Shown piece after piece: positions 1-10,110 of a stretch of DNA of 64,000 bases. The translations under genes and the position numbers were made by a program. This DNA comes from a bacterium (GTDB lineage Bacteria; Zhuqueibacterota; Zhuqueibacteria; Residuimicrobiales; Krinioviventaceae), in assembly GCA_963674595.2 (NCBI GenBank), contig CAXXFV010000009.1, forward strand, positions 1 through 64,000, in the 5' to 3' direction. Under the pieces are notes generated by a model. The model did no database searches. It was not told the DNA's origin and saw only the letters and a program-made list of their open reading frames with translations. Positions within the stretch are counted from its first letter, which is position 1; each line of letters starts with the position of its first letter.

Positions 1-891
1 ATAGTAGCTGTAATTCCTGCATTCAATGAGGAGATAGCCATTGGTAGTGTAATCGCCAGGGCCAAGCAGCACGTGGACGAGGTTCTTGTCGTCGATGACG
101 GCAGTTCCGACAAAACGGTTCAGGTAGCTGAGCTCATGGGAGCCACGGTCATCCGCCACGAGCAGAACTCCGGCAAAGGTGTAGCCCTTCGCACAGCCTT
201 CCGCTGGGCTCAGCACAAACAGATAGACATCCTCGTAACCCTTGATGCCGACGGCCAGCACAACCCCGACGAGATCCCGCAGATAGTAGAACCGATCCTC
301 TGGAAACAAGCCGACATAGTAAACGGCGCCAGATTCCTCGAAGGCTGCTGTGTGGATGTCCCTAAGTATCGCCGACTCGGTCAGGAAGTATTGACCTTTG
401 CCACCAACATGACAGCCGATGCCAAACTAAACGATTCCCAAAGCGGTTTCAGAGCCTTTTCCAAAGAAACGTTTGGTATTTTCAAATTCAACAATGCAGG
501 CATGGGTGTAGAATCAGAGATGATCCACGATGCAACTGCAGCTGGATTTGCTATTACAGAAGTTCCTATTACTTGTAGGTATGATGTTGAGGGGTCGACT
601 TTCAATCCGGTGAAGCATGGAATAACAGTGTTGAATTCTATTGTGAATCAATTTCAGAGGAAACATCCTTTGTTGTACTTTGGGGTGCCTGGATTTTTGT
701 GTTTGCTTGCTGGATTGACCTTTGGATTCTGGACGATATATGGTTATAATTCTGGAGATGGATTCTGGATCGGCAAAGCTTTGCTTGCAATGACATTCGT
801 TATTCTGGGCACGTTCGGTTTATTCAGTGGATTAATACTAAATTCCCTGGCAGTACATTTTGCAGCAAATAAAAGTACTGATACAAATTAA
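1..891 (+). CDS. GT2 (DPM1-like) glycosyltransferase with two C-terminal TM helices; 5' end lies upstream of the window
   Basis: Frame +1 is open from base 1 (IVAVIPAFNEE...VVDDGS); motifs GKG, LDADGQH, DSQSGFRA; hydrophobic C-terminus. Confidence 0.92.
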   Translation: MVAVIPAFNEEIAIGSVIARAKQHVDEVLVVDDGSSDKTVQVAELMGATVIRHEQNSGKGVALRTAFRWAQHKQIDILVTLDADGQHNPDEIPQIVEPILWKQADIVNGARFLEGCCVDVPKYRRLGQEVLTFATNMTADAKLNDSQSGFRAFSKETFGIFKFNNAGMGVESEMIHDATAAGFAITEVPITCRYDVEGSTFNPVKHGITVLNSIVNQFQRKHPLLYFGVPGFLCLLAGLTFGFWTIYGYNSGDGFWIGKALLAMTFVILGTFGLFSGLILNSLAVHFAANKSTDTN

Positions 892-919
892 AAATATTTA
901 CTTATTAAAAACGATTATC

Positions 920-2080
920 ATGAAAATACTTGCTTTCACATCCACAATAGACCTGAAATATCGCCTAGGTTGCACGCCTTCGTGGTGGCAGTTACTGAAA
1001 GCCTTTCACGAGACAGGCAACGAAGTGATAGTCCTTCCATACCTAGGTGGACCTGTGGAAAGTCTCTGGTGGAGAACATATGACAATCCCTGTAAATACG
1101 AGAGCCTGCTTTTCAATACTTTCCTAAATAATCAGAAAAAGGTAGTTGATCCGGCAAAGACACAGGGCTTATTATCCCCAATTACCAGTAACCTGATAAA
1201 ATACGATGTGAGACCAAAAATCAGGAACCAGTTACACAAGATCATCGAAAAGGAAAAAGATATTGACCTGATCTTCTTCATGAATATTCCCCTTAATCAT
1301 ATAACAGGCATAGCTTCCGAGATCAAATCAGAGTTTAGTATTCCATGTATCTACTACGATGGAGATATGCCAACCATCCTGCCAAAGTATGCCAATGAAA
1401 GAGGCTTTAAATTTGATTATTATGTAGGTGCAGACCTTTCCGAGTACGATGCTTTCTTCGTAAACTCAAAAGGCGTCATAGACGATCTCAAGGAAGCGGG
1501 GGCAAAGAACGTCCAGCCCCTCTACTACGCAGCCGATCCGGATCTCTTCGCACCAGTGAACGTTGAAAAGACCAGAGACATCTCTTTCTTCGGCTACGGT
1601 AGCGAACTCCGAGAAGAGTGGATGACAAATATGATCACCGGGCCCAGCAAGAAAATGAACAGCACCAAATTCATAGTAGGTGGTGCTCATTTTGGGATAG
1701 ACATGGGTAATTCCAATCTGGTAGGCGACATCTCATACAGCGCATTCCGTGAGTTCTGCTGTGGCAGCAAGATCAACCTCAACATAACCCGATGGTCTCA
1801 CACTAACATCTATGCATCAGCCACTGCCAGACCCTTCGAGCTGGCAGCCTACGGTGCATGCATAGTTTCCCAGCCCTACAACGGAATCAACGAATGGTTC
1901 GATATTGGAAAAGAGATTATCGTGGTCAACAGTGAAAAAGAAGCCATAGAGACATATGAATGGCTGCTGTCGGATGATGAAGAGAGAGAGAAGATTGGTG
2001 AGAAGGCAAGGGAGAGGGTGCTGAAAGATCATACTTACAGGAACAGGGCTGAAACGATAACGAGTATATCCTTAAATTAG
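920..2080 (+). CDS. CgeB-like (Glyco_trans_1_2) glycosyltransferase
   Basis: ORF 860..2080, likely ATG at 920 (MKILAF); C-terminal INLNITR...RPFELAAYG...ARERVLKDHTY typical of CgeB family. Confidence 0.82.
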   Translation: MKILAFTSTIDLKYRLGCTPSWWQLLKAFHETGNEVIVLPYLGGPVESLWWRTYDNPCKYESLLFNTFLNNQKKVVDPAKTQGLLSPITSNLIKYDVRPKIRNQLHKIIEKEKDIDLIFFMNIPLNHITGIASEIKSEFSIPCIYYDGDMPTILPKYANERGFKFDYYVGADLSEYDAFFVNSKGVIDDLKEAGAKNVQPLYYAADPDLFAPVNVEKTRDISFFGYGSELREEWMTNMITGPSKKMNSTKFIVGGAHFGIDMGNSNLVGDISYSAFREFCCGSKINLNITRWSHTNIYASATARPFELAAYGACIVSQPYNGINEWFDIGKEIIVVNSEKEAIETYEWLLSDDEEREKIGEKARERVLKDHTYRNRAETITSISLN

Positions 2081-2099
2081 TCTTAATGGGGTTTTAAAA

Positions 2100-3791
2100 A
2101 TGAGTAAAGATGTAACGGTTCTCGGCATTCATGATGGACATGATTCGGGTGCAGCATTAATAAGAAATGGAAGGGTGCTTGCTGCCATTCCTGAAGAAAG
2201 ATTGTTGAAGATCAAGCACTATAGTGGTACGCCTGAAAATGCAATAAGAAAGGTCTTTGAAATTGCAAAGATACATCCAAGTGAAGTAGATATTATTTCC
2301 ATAGCATCACTAAATCGTGCTTATGCACCGAATGCTGAGGAACCTCTCAGATTAAAAGCCTTTGAACTAGTGTCACCATTCCTTGCATCCCATTCATTTT
2401 CAAAATTCTATGTTGGCATTTTGTCAAATCAAAGAAATGCCAAACATTTAGGAAAGGTATTTGCTGAGCTTGGATTGAGTCATGTTGATGTTGAGTTTGT
2501 TGAACATCATGAAGCTCATGCCTGGACTGCATATCAATCATGCCCGTGGGATGAAGCATTAGTTATGACTTGTGATGGTGCAGGAGACGGCCTGAGCTCA
2601 ACTGTAAATATTGGAAGGAACGGTGAGATCGAGCGCATAGATTCATCTACTTATTATGATAGTATTGGTAATGCATTCTATAGTGAAATTACAGCCTATC
2701 TTGGAATGAAAAGATGGGACCATGAATTTAAAACAATGGGAATTGCACCTTATGGTAAGCCAGAATATTGTAAGGATGCAATGGAACAGATTATAAGGAT
2801 AAATCCAAAGAATGGTCTTCAGTTCCAGAACACTTCAGGTGCATGCAATCGGAGAGTTCAAAAGAAACTTCGAAAATCGCTTGAAGGACATCGTTTTGAC
2901 AATATTGCTGCTGCAGCACAACTACATCTTGAGGAATTGTTATGCCAATGGGTAGCTAACTCCATAGAAGCTACAGGTATTAACAGAGTTTCTTTTGCGG
3001 GTGGAGTTATGCTAAATGTTAAAGCTACTAAAGCAATCTATGAAATGCCTGAAGTTGAAGATGTTTTCGTATATCCCGCAGCAGATGATTCAGGAATGCC
3101 TGTTGGAGCTGCACTCAAAACATACCATGACCATTGCAGACAAAATGGAATAAAGCCAAGAAAGGTACCAATCGAAGATGTGTACTACGGGCCAGACATC
3201 TATAATGAAGATGTGGAAACGGCACTAAAGAATTCCAGCTGGAAGGCTGAATATTACGATGATATCTCAGGTGCAGTTGGAGAACAGCTCGCAAAAGGCA
3301 AGGTCATTGCCTGGTGTAACGGCAAAATGGAATACGGACCTAGAGCACTTGGATGTCGCAGTATTATTGCCGATGCCCGTGACCCAGATGTAAGACGCAA
3401 ACTCAATTCCCAGGTCAAAATGCGAGACTGGTTCATGCCCTTTGCACCATCCATCCTGGATGAGAGAAAAGATGATTACCTCATCAATCCAAGAAAATCA
3501 CCCTACATGACAATGGGCTTTGACACAACAGACAAACGCAGGGAAATTGATGCAGGCACCCATCCACAAGACCTCACCGCAAGACCGCATACAGTTGACA
3601 AAGAATGGAATCCTGGATACTGGAAAGTGATCAAGTCCTTTGAGGAGATTACGGGTGTCGGTGGCATATTGAATACATCATTTAACTTACATGGATATCC
3701 GAATGTGTGCACTCCAGAACAAGCCATATGGACACTGGATAATTCTGGATTGGATGGCTTGGCTGTTGGGAATTATTTGATATTAAGGTAA
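2100..3791 (+). CDS. Carbamoyltransferase, NodU/CmcH family
   Basis: Motifs HDGHDSGAAL, EHHEAH, DGAGD, GPRALGCRS, PFAPS, NTSFN. Confidence 0.95.
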   Translation: MSKDVTVLGIHDGHDSGAALIRNGRVLAAIPEERLLKIKHYSGTPENAIRKVFEIAKIHPSEVDIISIASLNRAYAPNAEEPLRLKAFELVSPFLASHSFSKFYVGILSNQRNAKHLGKVFAELGLSHVDVEFVEHHEAHAWTAYQSCPWDEALVMTCDGAGDGLSSTVNIGRNGEIERIDSSTYYDSIGNAFYSEITAYLGMKRWDHEFKTMGIAPYGKPEYCKDAMEQIIRINPKNGLQFQNTSGACNRRVQKKLRKSLEGHRFDNIAAAAQLHLEELLCQWVANSIEATGINRVSFAGGVMLNVKATKAIYEMPEVEDVFVYPAADDSGMPVGAALKTYHDHCRQNGIKPRKVPIEDVYYGPDIYNEDVETALKNSSWKAEYYDDISGAVGEQLAKGKVIAWCNGKMEYGPRALGCRSIIADARDPDVRRKLNSQVKMRDWFMPFAPSILDERKDDYLINPRKSPYMTMGFDTTDKRREIDAGTHPQDLTARPHTVDKEWNPGYWKVIKSFEEITGVGGILNTSFNLHGYPNVCTPEQAIWTLDNSGLDGLAVGNYLILR

Positions 3792-3795
3792 GAGT

Positions 3796-5004
3796 ATGAA
3801 AATACTACAGGTTACTAATTTCTTTAAACCAGCGTGGGAATCTGGCGGGGTTACAAGAGTATGTTATGAGCTCGCTAAAAACTTGTCTTTAACAAAAAAT
3901 GATGTAACTGTTTATACTACCGACGGCTTTCACTCACGTTTAAATGTGAAAACAAATGTACCAGTTGATGTTGATGGAATTCGAGTTTACTATTTTTATA
4001 ATCTTCTTATTCCTTTAGTCAAAAAAATGAATTTAACAACTCCCTATTACATGCCCTTTATCTTGAGGAAGCAAATTAAAGAATATGATATCATTCACAT
4101 TCATGAACATAGGACTTTAATGGCTGCTTTTGTTCATCACTATGCGAAAAAATATCAAATTCCTTATGTTTTGGAGCCACAAGGTACTATTTTGAGAATG
4201 GGAAGAATGCAATATTTAAAAAAAATATTTGATTCACTAGTTGGCTATGATATTATTAAAGATTCATCCAAAGTGATAGCTGGAACTGAACTTGAGTCAC
4301 ATGAAGAAGAAAGTATGGGTGTTTCTCCTGATAGAATTGCATTGATTTTACCGGGTTATGATATTGATTCATACCAAAAGTTACCTAAAATAAATACTTT
4401 CAGAAATAAGTATGACATAACTGAAAAAAATATAATATTATTTTTAGGAAGAATAAATGAAATAAAGGGACTTGATTACTTAGTAAAATCATTTTATGAG
4501 CTACTTAAACTTGACAATGATTCAATACTCGTACTAGTTGGGCAAAATGATGGATTTAAACCAAATATAGAAAAACTCGTTGCCGATTTAAAGATAGCTG
4601 ATAAAGTTTTGTTTACGGGTTTATTGACTGGAACCGATAAATTAGCTGCATATGTCGACGCAGATATTTTTGTTCAACCATCCAAATATGAACGCTTTTG
4701 CGGCTCTCCTTTTGAAGCAATACTTTGCAATACTCCTATAATTGTTACAAAAAATACAGGATGCGGAAATTTTGTTGAACAAATGAATTTTGGATACACT
4801 GTTGACTATGATGATGTCGATAGTTTGCAAAAGATCATGATGACTGTCTTGCTTGATTCTTCTGAAGCAGCGAAGAAAACGAAAAATGCAAAAAGCTACA
4901 TAACTAAGAATTTGGGCTGGAAAGAAAGGTCTAAAAAATATATTGAGCTTTACAATGATGTAGTAAATGGTGAGGATAATGGAATGGAAAATACCCTTGT
5001 TTAA
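3796..5004 (+). CDS. GT4 glycosyltransferase
   Basis: MKILQV...GGV N-terminus; FLGRINEIKG; FVQPSKYE...PFEA GT-B motif. Confidence 0.92.
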   Translation: MKILQVTNFFKPAWESGGVTRVCYELAKNLSLTKNDVTVYTTDGFHSRLNVKTNVPVDVDGIRVYYFYNLLIPLVKKMNLTTPYYMPFILRKQIKEYDIIHIHEHRTLMAAFVHHYAKKYQIPYVLEPQGTILRMGRMQYLKKIFDSLVGYDIIKDSSKVIAGTELESHEEESMGVSPDRIALILPGYDIDSYQKLPKINTFRNKYDITEKNIILFLGRINEIKGLDYLVKSFYELLKLDNDSILVLVGQNDGFKPNIEKLVADLKIADKVLFTGLLTGTDKLAAYVDADIFVQPSKYERFCGSPFEAILCNTPIIVTKNTGCGNFVEQMNFGYTVDYDDVDSLQKIMMTVLLDSSEAAKKTKNAKSYITKNLGWKERSKKYIELYNDVVNGEDNGMENTLV

Positions 5005-6118
5005 AATGTACTCTGATTCTAATAGCATCAAATATCTAGAAAATGTAATCAACAGAGGTTCTTATTGGTCATCTGGTCCAGAAGTGCAGCAATTTGAAGA
5101 TCAAATTGCAACATACATTGGGACAAAGTATGCAGTTACATTTAACTCTGGAACTTCTGCCACACATGCTCTTCTTTTAGCATACGGAATTGGGCAAGGA
5201 GATGAAGTAATTGTTCCTTCTTTTTCATTCATTTCAACTGCTAATTCTCCCCAATTTACTGAAGCAAAACCTGTATTTGCAGAAATTGAAGAAAACACAT
5301 TTGGTTTAGATCCGGAGGATATTTTGGAAAGAATTACTTCAAAGACTAAAGCAATAATGCCAATTCATTATGGGGGCTCTCCATGTCTTATCCGTGAAAT
5401 TAGAGAAATAGCAAATGATCATAATTTGTTATTAATAGAAGATGCTGCAGAATCTTTTGGAGCAAAAGTAAAAGAAAAAAATGTAGGAACATTTGGTGAT
5501 TCCTCAATGTTTAGTTTTTGTCAAAATAAAATCATAACTACGGGCGAAGGAGGGGCAATCACAACAGATTCAAAGGAACTTTTTGAAAAATTGAAACTAA
5601 TTCGATCGCATGGGAGATTGGAAACAACCGATTATTTCTCAACAACCGATTATTTGGATTATGTAGAATTGGGATACAATTTCAGGATGCCTACACTAAA
5701 TGCAGCATTGGGATTGTCACAACTCGAAAAAGTAGATACTATCATTGAGAAAAGAAGAAAGGTAGCTAAGTATCTGATAGATGGATTGTCCAAAATAAAA
5801 GAAATAAGATTGTTAAATCCTCAACCTGATTATTATCATGTTTATCAAATGTTTACCATACTGATCGAAGAAAATGCAAGAGATAATTTAATGAATTATC
5901 TCTCTACCAAAGGAATTATGACGAAAGTATATTTCTATCCAATTCATTTAACCAAGTTCTACAAAACTAAATTTGGTTATGACAATGGTGATTTCCCTAT
6001 TACTGAAATGATATCTAATAGAGTATTATCTCTGCCGATTTATCCTACACTAACAATAAAAGAAATTGAATATATCGTAAATACTGTTAATGATTTTTTT
6101 TTGGAGAGAGTACTATGA
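4979..6118 (+). CDS. DegT/DnrJ/EryC1/StrS PLP-dependent sugar aminotransferase
   Basis: NSGTSA, EDAAES, FSFCQNKIITTGEGG, GYNFRM, LSLPIYP; ATG 4979 preceded by GGTGAGGA. Confidence 0.95.
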   Translation: MEWKIPLFKMYSDSNSIKYLENVINRGSYWSSGPEVQQFEDQIATYIGTKYAVTFNSGTSATHALLLAYGIGQGDEVIVPSFSFISTANSPQFTEAKPVFAEIEENTFGLDPEDILERITSKTKAIMPIHYGGSPCLIREIREIANDHNLLLIEDAAESFGAKVKEKNVGTFGDSSMFSFCQNKIITTGEGGAITTDSKELFEKLKLIRSHGRLETTDYFSTTDYLDYVELGYNFRMPTLNAALGLSQLEKVDTIIEKRRKVAKYLIDGLSKIKEIRLLNPQPDYYHVYQMFTILIEENARDNLMNYLSTKGIMTKVYFYPIHLTKFYKTKFGYDNGDFPITEMISNRVLSLPIYPTLTIKEIEYIVNTVNDFFLERVL

Positions 6119-7107
6119 TAGAAGCATTAAAGAATAAAACAGTTCTAGTAACTGGTGGAACAGGGTCAATTGGCAGCGAAATTGTCAAACAACTTCTAAG
6201 TTTTGAAGTCAATAAAGTTGTAGTTTTTAGCCGAGATGAAATTAAACAATTTTTATTTAAAAGTAAAATCAGTGACTCTAGGCTTGAAACTATTATAGGA
6301 GATGTTAGAGATTATAAAAGCATTGAACGTGTATTTGATAAGTTTGATATAGATATAATATTCCATGCTGCTGCTATGAAACATGTAGTTGTATGCGAAA
6401 AATACCCTATTGAAAGTGTAAACACAAATATAATTGGAACTCAAAATCTTGTTGACTTAGCAACAAAGCACAAAATTCAGAAAATGATAACAATAAGCAC
6501 AGATAAATCTGCTGAACCCGTAAATGCAATGGGTGCAAGCAAATTTATTGCTGAAATAATCACACTTAATGCTAATTTTTCCTGTGTCAGATTTGGAAAT
6601 GTTGCAAATTCTCGTGGTTCAGTTATCCCCATTTTTATCGACAATTTAAAAGCAGGTAAATCTCTGATGATTTCTAATCCAAATGCAACACGTTTTATAA
6701 TTAGGATTCCTGATGCTGTTAAACTTGTGTTGAATGCCTCAAAGTACTCAAAGGGAGGGGATGTGTTTATTTTGAAAATGAATGCATTTAGATTGGGTGA
6801 TCTTTTAGATGTGGTTACGGAAAGAATTGCTCCTAAATTGGGAATAAAGGAAGCGATTGAAGTAAATGTAGAAGGGCTGGTACCTGGCGAAAAACTTCAT
6901 GAAGATTTAATAAATAGTACAGAAATTAATCGCTTGTATGAATTAGATGATATGTATGTAGTTTTAAAAGACACTCAAAATATTGTAGAGTATCAAAATC
7001 TTAAGAAAAGTAATTTGCAACACTATGCTTCTGATAACGCAAATTTATTGTCAAACGAGGATATTGAAGATATTGCTGAAGAATATGTTCAACTCATCGG
7101 CAAATAA
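6115..7107 (+). CDS. NDP-HexNAc 4,6-dehydratase (CapD/FnlA/PglF-like polysaccharide biosynthesis SDR)
   Basis: VTGGTGSIG, HAAAMKHV, STDK, MGASK (Met in place of catalytic Tyr), RFGNV.NSRGSV, PGEKLHE. Confidence 0.92.
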   Translation: MIEALKNKTVLVTGGTGSIGSEIVKQLLSFEVNKVVVFSRDEIKQFLFKSKISDSRLETIIGDVRDYKSIERVFDKFDIDIIFHAAAMKHVVVCEKYPIESVNTNIIGTQNLVDLATKHKIQKMITISTDKSAEPVNAMGASKFIAEIITLNANFSCVRFGNVANSRGSVIPIFIDNLKAGKSLMISNPNATRFIIRIPDAVKLVLNASKYSKGGDVFILKMNAFRLGDLLDVVTERIAPKLGIKEAIEVNVEGLVPGEKLHEDLINSTEINRLYELDDMYVVLKDTQNIVEYQNLKKSNLQHYASDNANLLSNEDIEDIAEEYVQLIGK

Positions 7108-7151
7108 ACTAAAGCTAAAACTTGACGAGTTAACGAAAGGAGATACCAAGT

Positions 7152-7709
7152 ATGGATACCTCAGCATATCTTCAGAGCAATGATATGGGTGAAAGTGTTA
7201 AGCAAAAATTAAAGCAATGCGGGAAAGATGTAAAAATATATCCCCTTGCCAAAATTATTAATGCTAAAAATATGGAAATCGGAGATTTCTCGATGATCGA
7301 TGATTTCACTTTCATATATTGTGGGAGTGGAATTAAAGTTGGAAGATATGTACATGTTGCATCATTTGTTAGCATAATAGGTGGTGGAGAACTAATACTT
7401 GGAGACTATAGTGTGCTAGCCTGTGGTGTAAGAGTATTAACTGGAACTGATACTTACTATAACGGTAAACGGATGTCTACTGCATTACCTCTAGAGCAAA
7501 GAAATTTAATCAGAGGAAAAATTGTGGTAGAGAAAGATGCTTTTATTGGAACAAATGCAGTAATCCACCCTAACGTTACAATTGGCGAAGGCGCTATTGT
7601 TGGTAGTAACAGCCTTGTCTTGAAAGATGTAGAACCTTGGAGTATTAATGTTGGAAGTCCGTGTAAAAAAGTAGGAAAACGACCCAAAATTGCGATGTGT
7701 GACATATGA
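7152..7709 (+). CDS. Hexapeptide-repeat (LbH) acyltransferase
   Basis: Hexapeptide repeats IGTNAVIHPNVTIGEGAIVGSNSLV, GSPCK; AAGGAG SD upstream. Confidence 0.9.
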   Translation: MDTSAYLQSNDMGESVKQKLKQCGKDVKIYPLAKIINAKNMEIGDFSMIDDFTFIYCGSGIKVGRYVHVASFVSIIGGGELILGDYSVLACGVRVLTGTDTYYNGKRMSTALPLEQRNLIRGKIVVEKDAFIGTNAVIHPNVTIGEGAIVGSNSLVLKDVEPWSINVGSPCKKVGKRPKIAMCDI

Positions 7710-8503
7710 TGCAGAGCAATAAATGTGAAATCAGGGATAAATCATGTTTTGGTAATTCAAACAAAATACCTAAAAATAGAATATGTATTCTTACTCAACC
7801 ATTGCCAAACATAAAAGGAATAGATGTTCATATATCCAATTTTATTAAAATGATTGAGCCACTTTCATCCAAACTTATCTTAATTACGAGTAACTTTCCA
7901 AGAGATATTCATTTTAAAAACAATGTACTTATCGAGAATTTGAGTTATACTCACAAAAAAAATACAATCACTAAAATATTTATGTATGTTTTAGTACAGT
8001 TACGCATGGCATACACGTTAACCAAAGTACAAAAAGATATAGACATTATCATTTTCTATCTGGGCGGCATGTCACTTGTGTTACCAATGATACAAGCAAA
8101 AATACTAAAAAAAGACATTGTACTCGTAGTAACTGGCTCTGGCTCGAAGACTGCAAAAAAGACATATGGTAAAAGAATATTTGGAATTGGAATAATACTC
8201 TCATACATCATTGAATCTTTAGAAAGAATCAATTTTCATCTCGCTGATCGAATAGTTGTTTTGTCAAATAATCTTGTTAATGACTTAGGTTTATCAAGAT
8301 ATTTACACAAAATTGATTTTAATTGTGCTATATCTGTAGATACATCGAACTTCATTATGAAACATGATGTAAATCAAAGAGAAAACAAAATAGGTTATAT
8401 TGGAAGAATAAGTGTAGAAAAAGGCATTCTTAATTTTGCCAAATCAATCCCATTGATTCCAAAAAAATATGATCAAAACGATCAAAAAGTGAATGTTTTA
8501 TGA
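7706..8503 (+). pseudogene. GT4 glycosyltransferase truncated at ~8465 (most of the C-terminal GT-B domain missing)
   Basis: N-terminal GT4 domain, then IGYIGRISVEKG, after which homology stops within ~15 aa; no E-x7-E motif; the tail runs into DeoR upstream DNA. Confidence 0.8.
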
Positions 8504-9289
8504 AGCCTTTCGAACGTAAAAAGAATATTTTAAATTTGTTACGGGTCTTGCAAAGAGAGTGGCGAGTTTCAGAGCTGGCAAACGAGCTGAGTGTATCAGA
8601 GCTTACGATCCGTAGAGATTTGAATGACCTCGTTAAAAGCGGTGATATAATTCGAACGCACGGTGGTTGTATCGCTTTTGGCGATGGTGCATTAAGCACC
8701 GTTTTTTATAAACAGTTTGAACAATATTTGGAATTAAAAAGAGAGATCGGTAGAGAAGCAACTCGGCTCATAAAACCCGGTGATACCATACTCCTTGGGG
8801 ATGGATCAACCACCTTCCAGTTTGCAGCGCATTTAGATAATTGCCCACCCATCACCATATACACAAATAATATTGCTGCAATCCAATTATTAAAAATGTG
8901 CCCTAATATACGTTTTATACCTATTAGGAGGGGAATATGACTATCAGTTCAATATGCTGTTCCTTAAAGGAGTCTTTCTGATCGCATATTAGAAACCCTA
9001 CACTTTAATCTGATTATTATTGGAACAGATTGCCATTAGTAATCAGGGAGAATGTTTATCATACAATGAAGAGGTTGCAAGAACAAATCAAATCATACTT
9101 AGGCGTGGTGATCGTAAAATTTTACTTGCCGATCATGCAAAAGCAGCGCAATCAGCTAATGTGATTTATGGACGTTTAAGTGACTTTGATTTGTGGATTA
9201 CTTCTGCAGGCATTGATGAAGAACAAATGTTGGTTTTTAAAAAACAAACGTCTGTTAGTATTGTTGGTAATAATATTAATACAATATAG
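8500..9289 (+). pseudogene. DeoR/GlpR family transcriptional regulator, frameshifted (probably sequencing indels)
   Basis: HTH VSELTIRRDL, RTHGG, GDGSTT, TNN; frame-corrected middle reads LLGGEYDY...; C-terminal LLADHAK...DLWITS lies in ORF 9020..9289. Confidence 0.85.
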
Positions 9290-10110
9290 TTAAATTGTCA
9301 GGAATAATGAAGGTATAAGTTAAATTGGCGTTGTTTATAACTTTATTATGAATTAATTCGATTCCTAATAAAGACAAGACCGCAAACGAATGATTATTAT
9401 GAAAGTTATACAAACTCTCATTGAACTTTGGCATTATGAAATTGTTTTAAATCATCAGTTTATCGTGAGAATGAACTAAAAGTATATTAATTCTTGTAAT
9501 GGTGCAATATCTGATAAAGGTATTGACGGAATGATGAAAGAAAATCTATCCCGATATTTTAAAAAACAGCACTTGCTTTAATTATATATTTGGTGGATAT
9601 ATTTTCTCAATTAGCATATCTTGATTTTTAAGCGCCTCCTTATTTTTAGTACAATAAAGATATTTTATGTAAAATTGATTTTTTCTTAACGAAAAATTCA
9701 CAACATGTTGGTATCTTTATAAACACAATTTTTAAAAGAGGCTAATATTTAAGAGTTGTTTATTTATCAATAAAAAAGTACAAGATAAAAGACCAAATCG
9801 GATTAAGTATAATAAATAATGTTTATGGTAACAATGATTAATAGTCACAAAAAATTTATTAGCTGGATATCGAAATTACAAAAATTTAAATAAGGTTTTT
9901 TATAATATCCTGTCGTTTGGTTAGAGCAGTTTTTTTAGATTTATTTGTATATTACAATTGTACTTATATACATAATAATTTGGACATAAAAATATTTGTT
10001 TAAATTTTACATTGCTGCATTTTAAGATTTGGTTTAGTTGTTAAAAAAAAATAAAATGATCGTTGAAGAAGTGATACTATAAAATAAACAAATTATAGAG
10101 GAGTTATCTT

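Noticed and set aside
6115-7107. Calling the dehydratase pseB
   Set aside because: It has MGASK rather than the YGATK of PseB, and no pseudaminic acid synthase is present in the window
8500-8503. ATGA overlap suggesting GT4-deoR translational coupling
   Set aside because: The GT4 stop arises by read-through past the junction; coincidental
9290-10110. 820-bp AT-rich gap as an ncRNA, origin or hidden gene
   Set aside because: No ORF, repeat array or stable structure recognised; most simply a promoter region, and it lies in the error-rich zone
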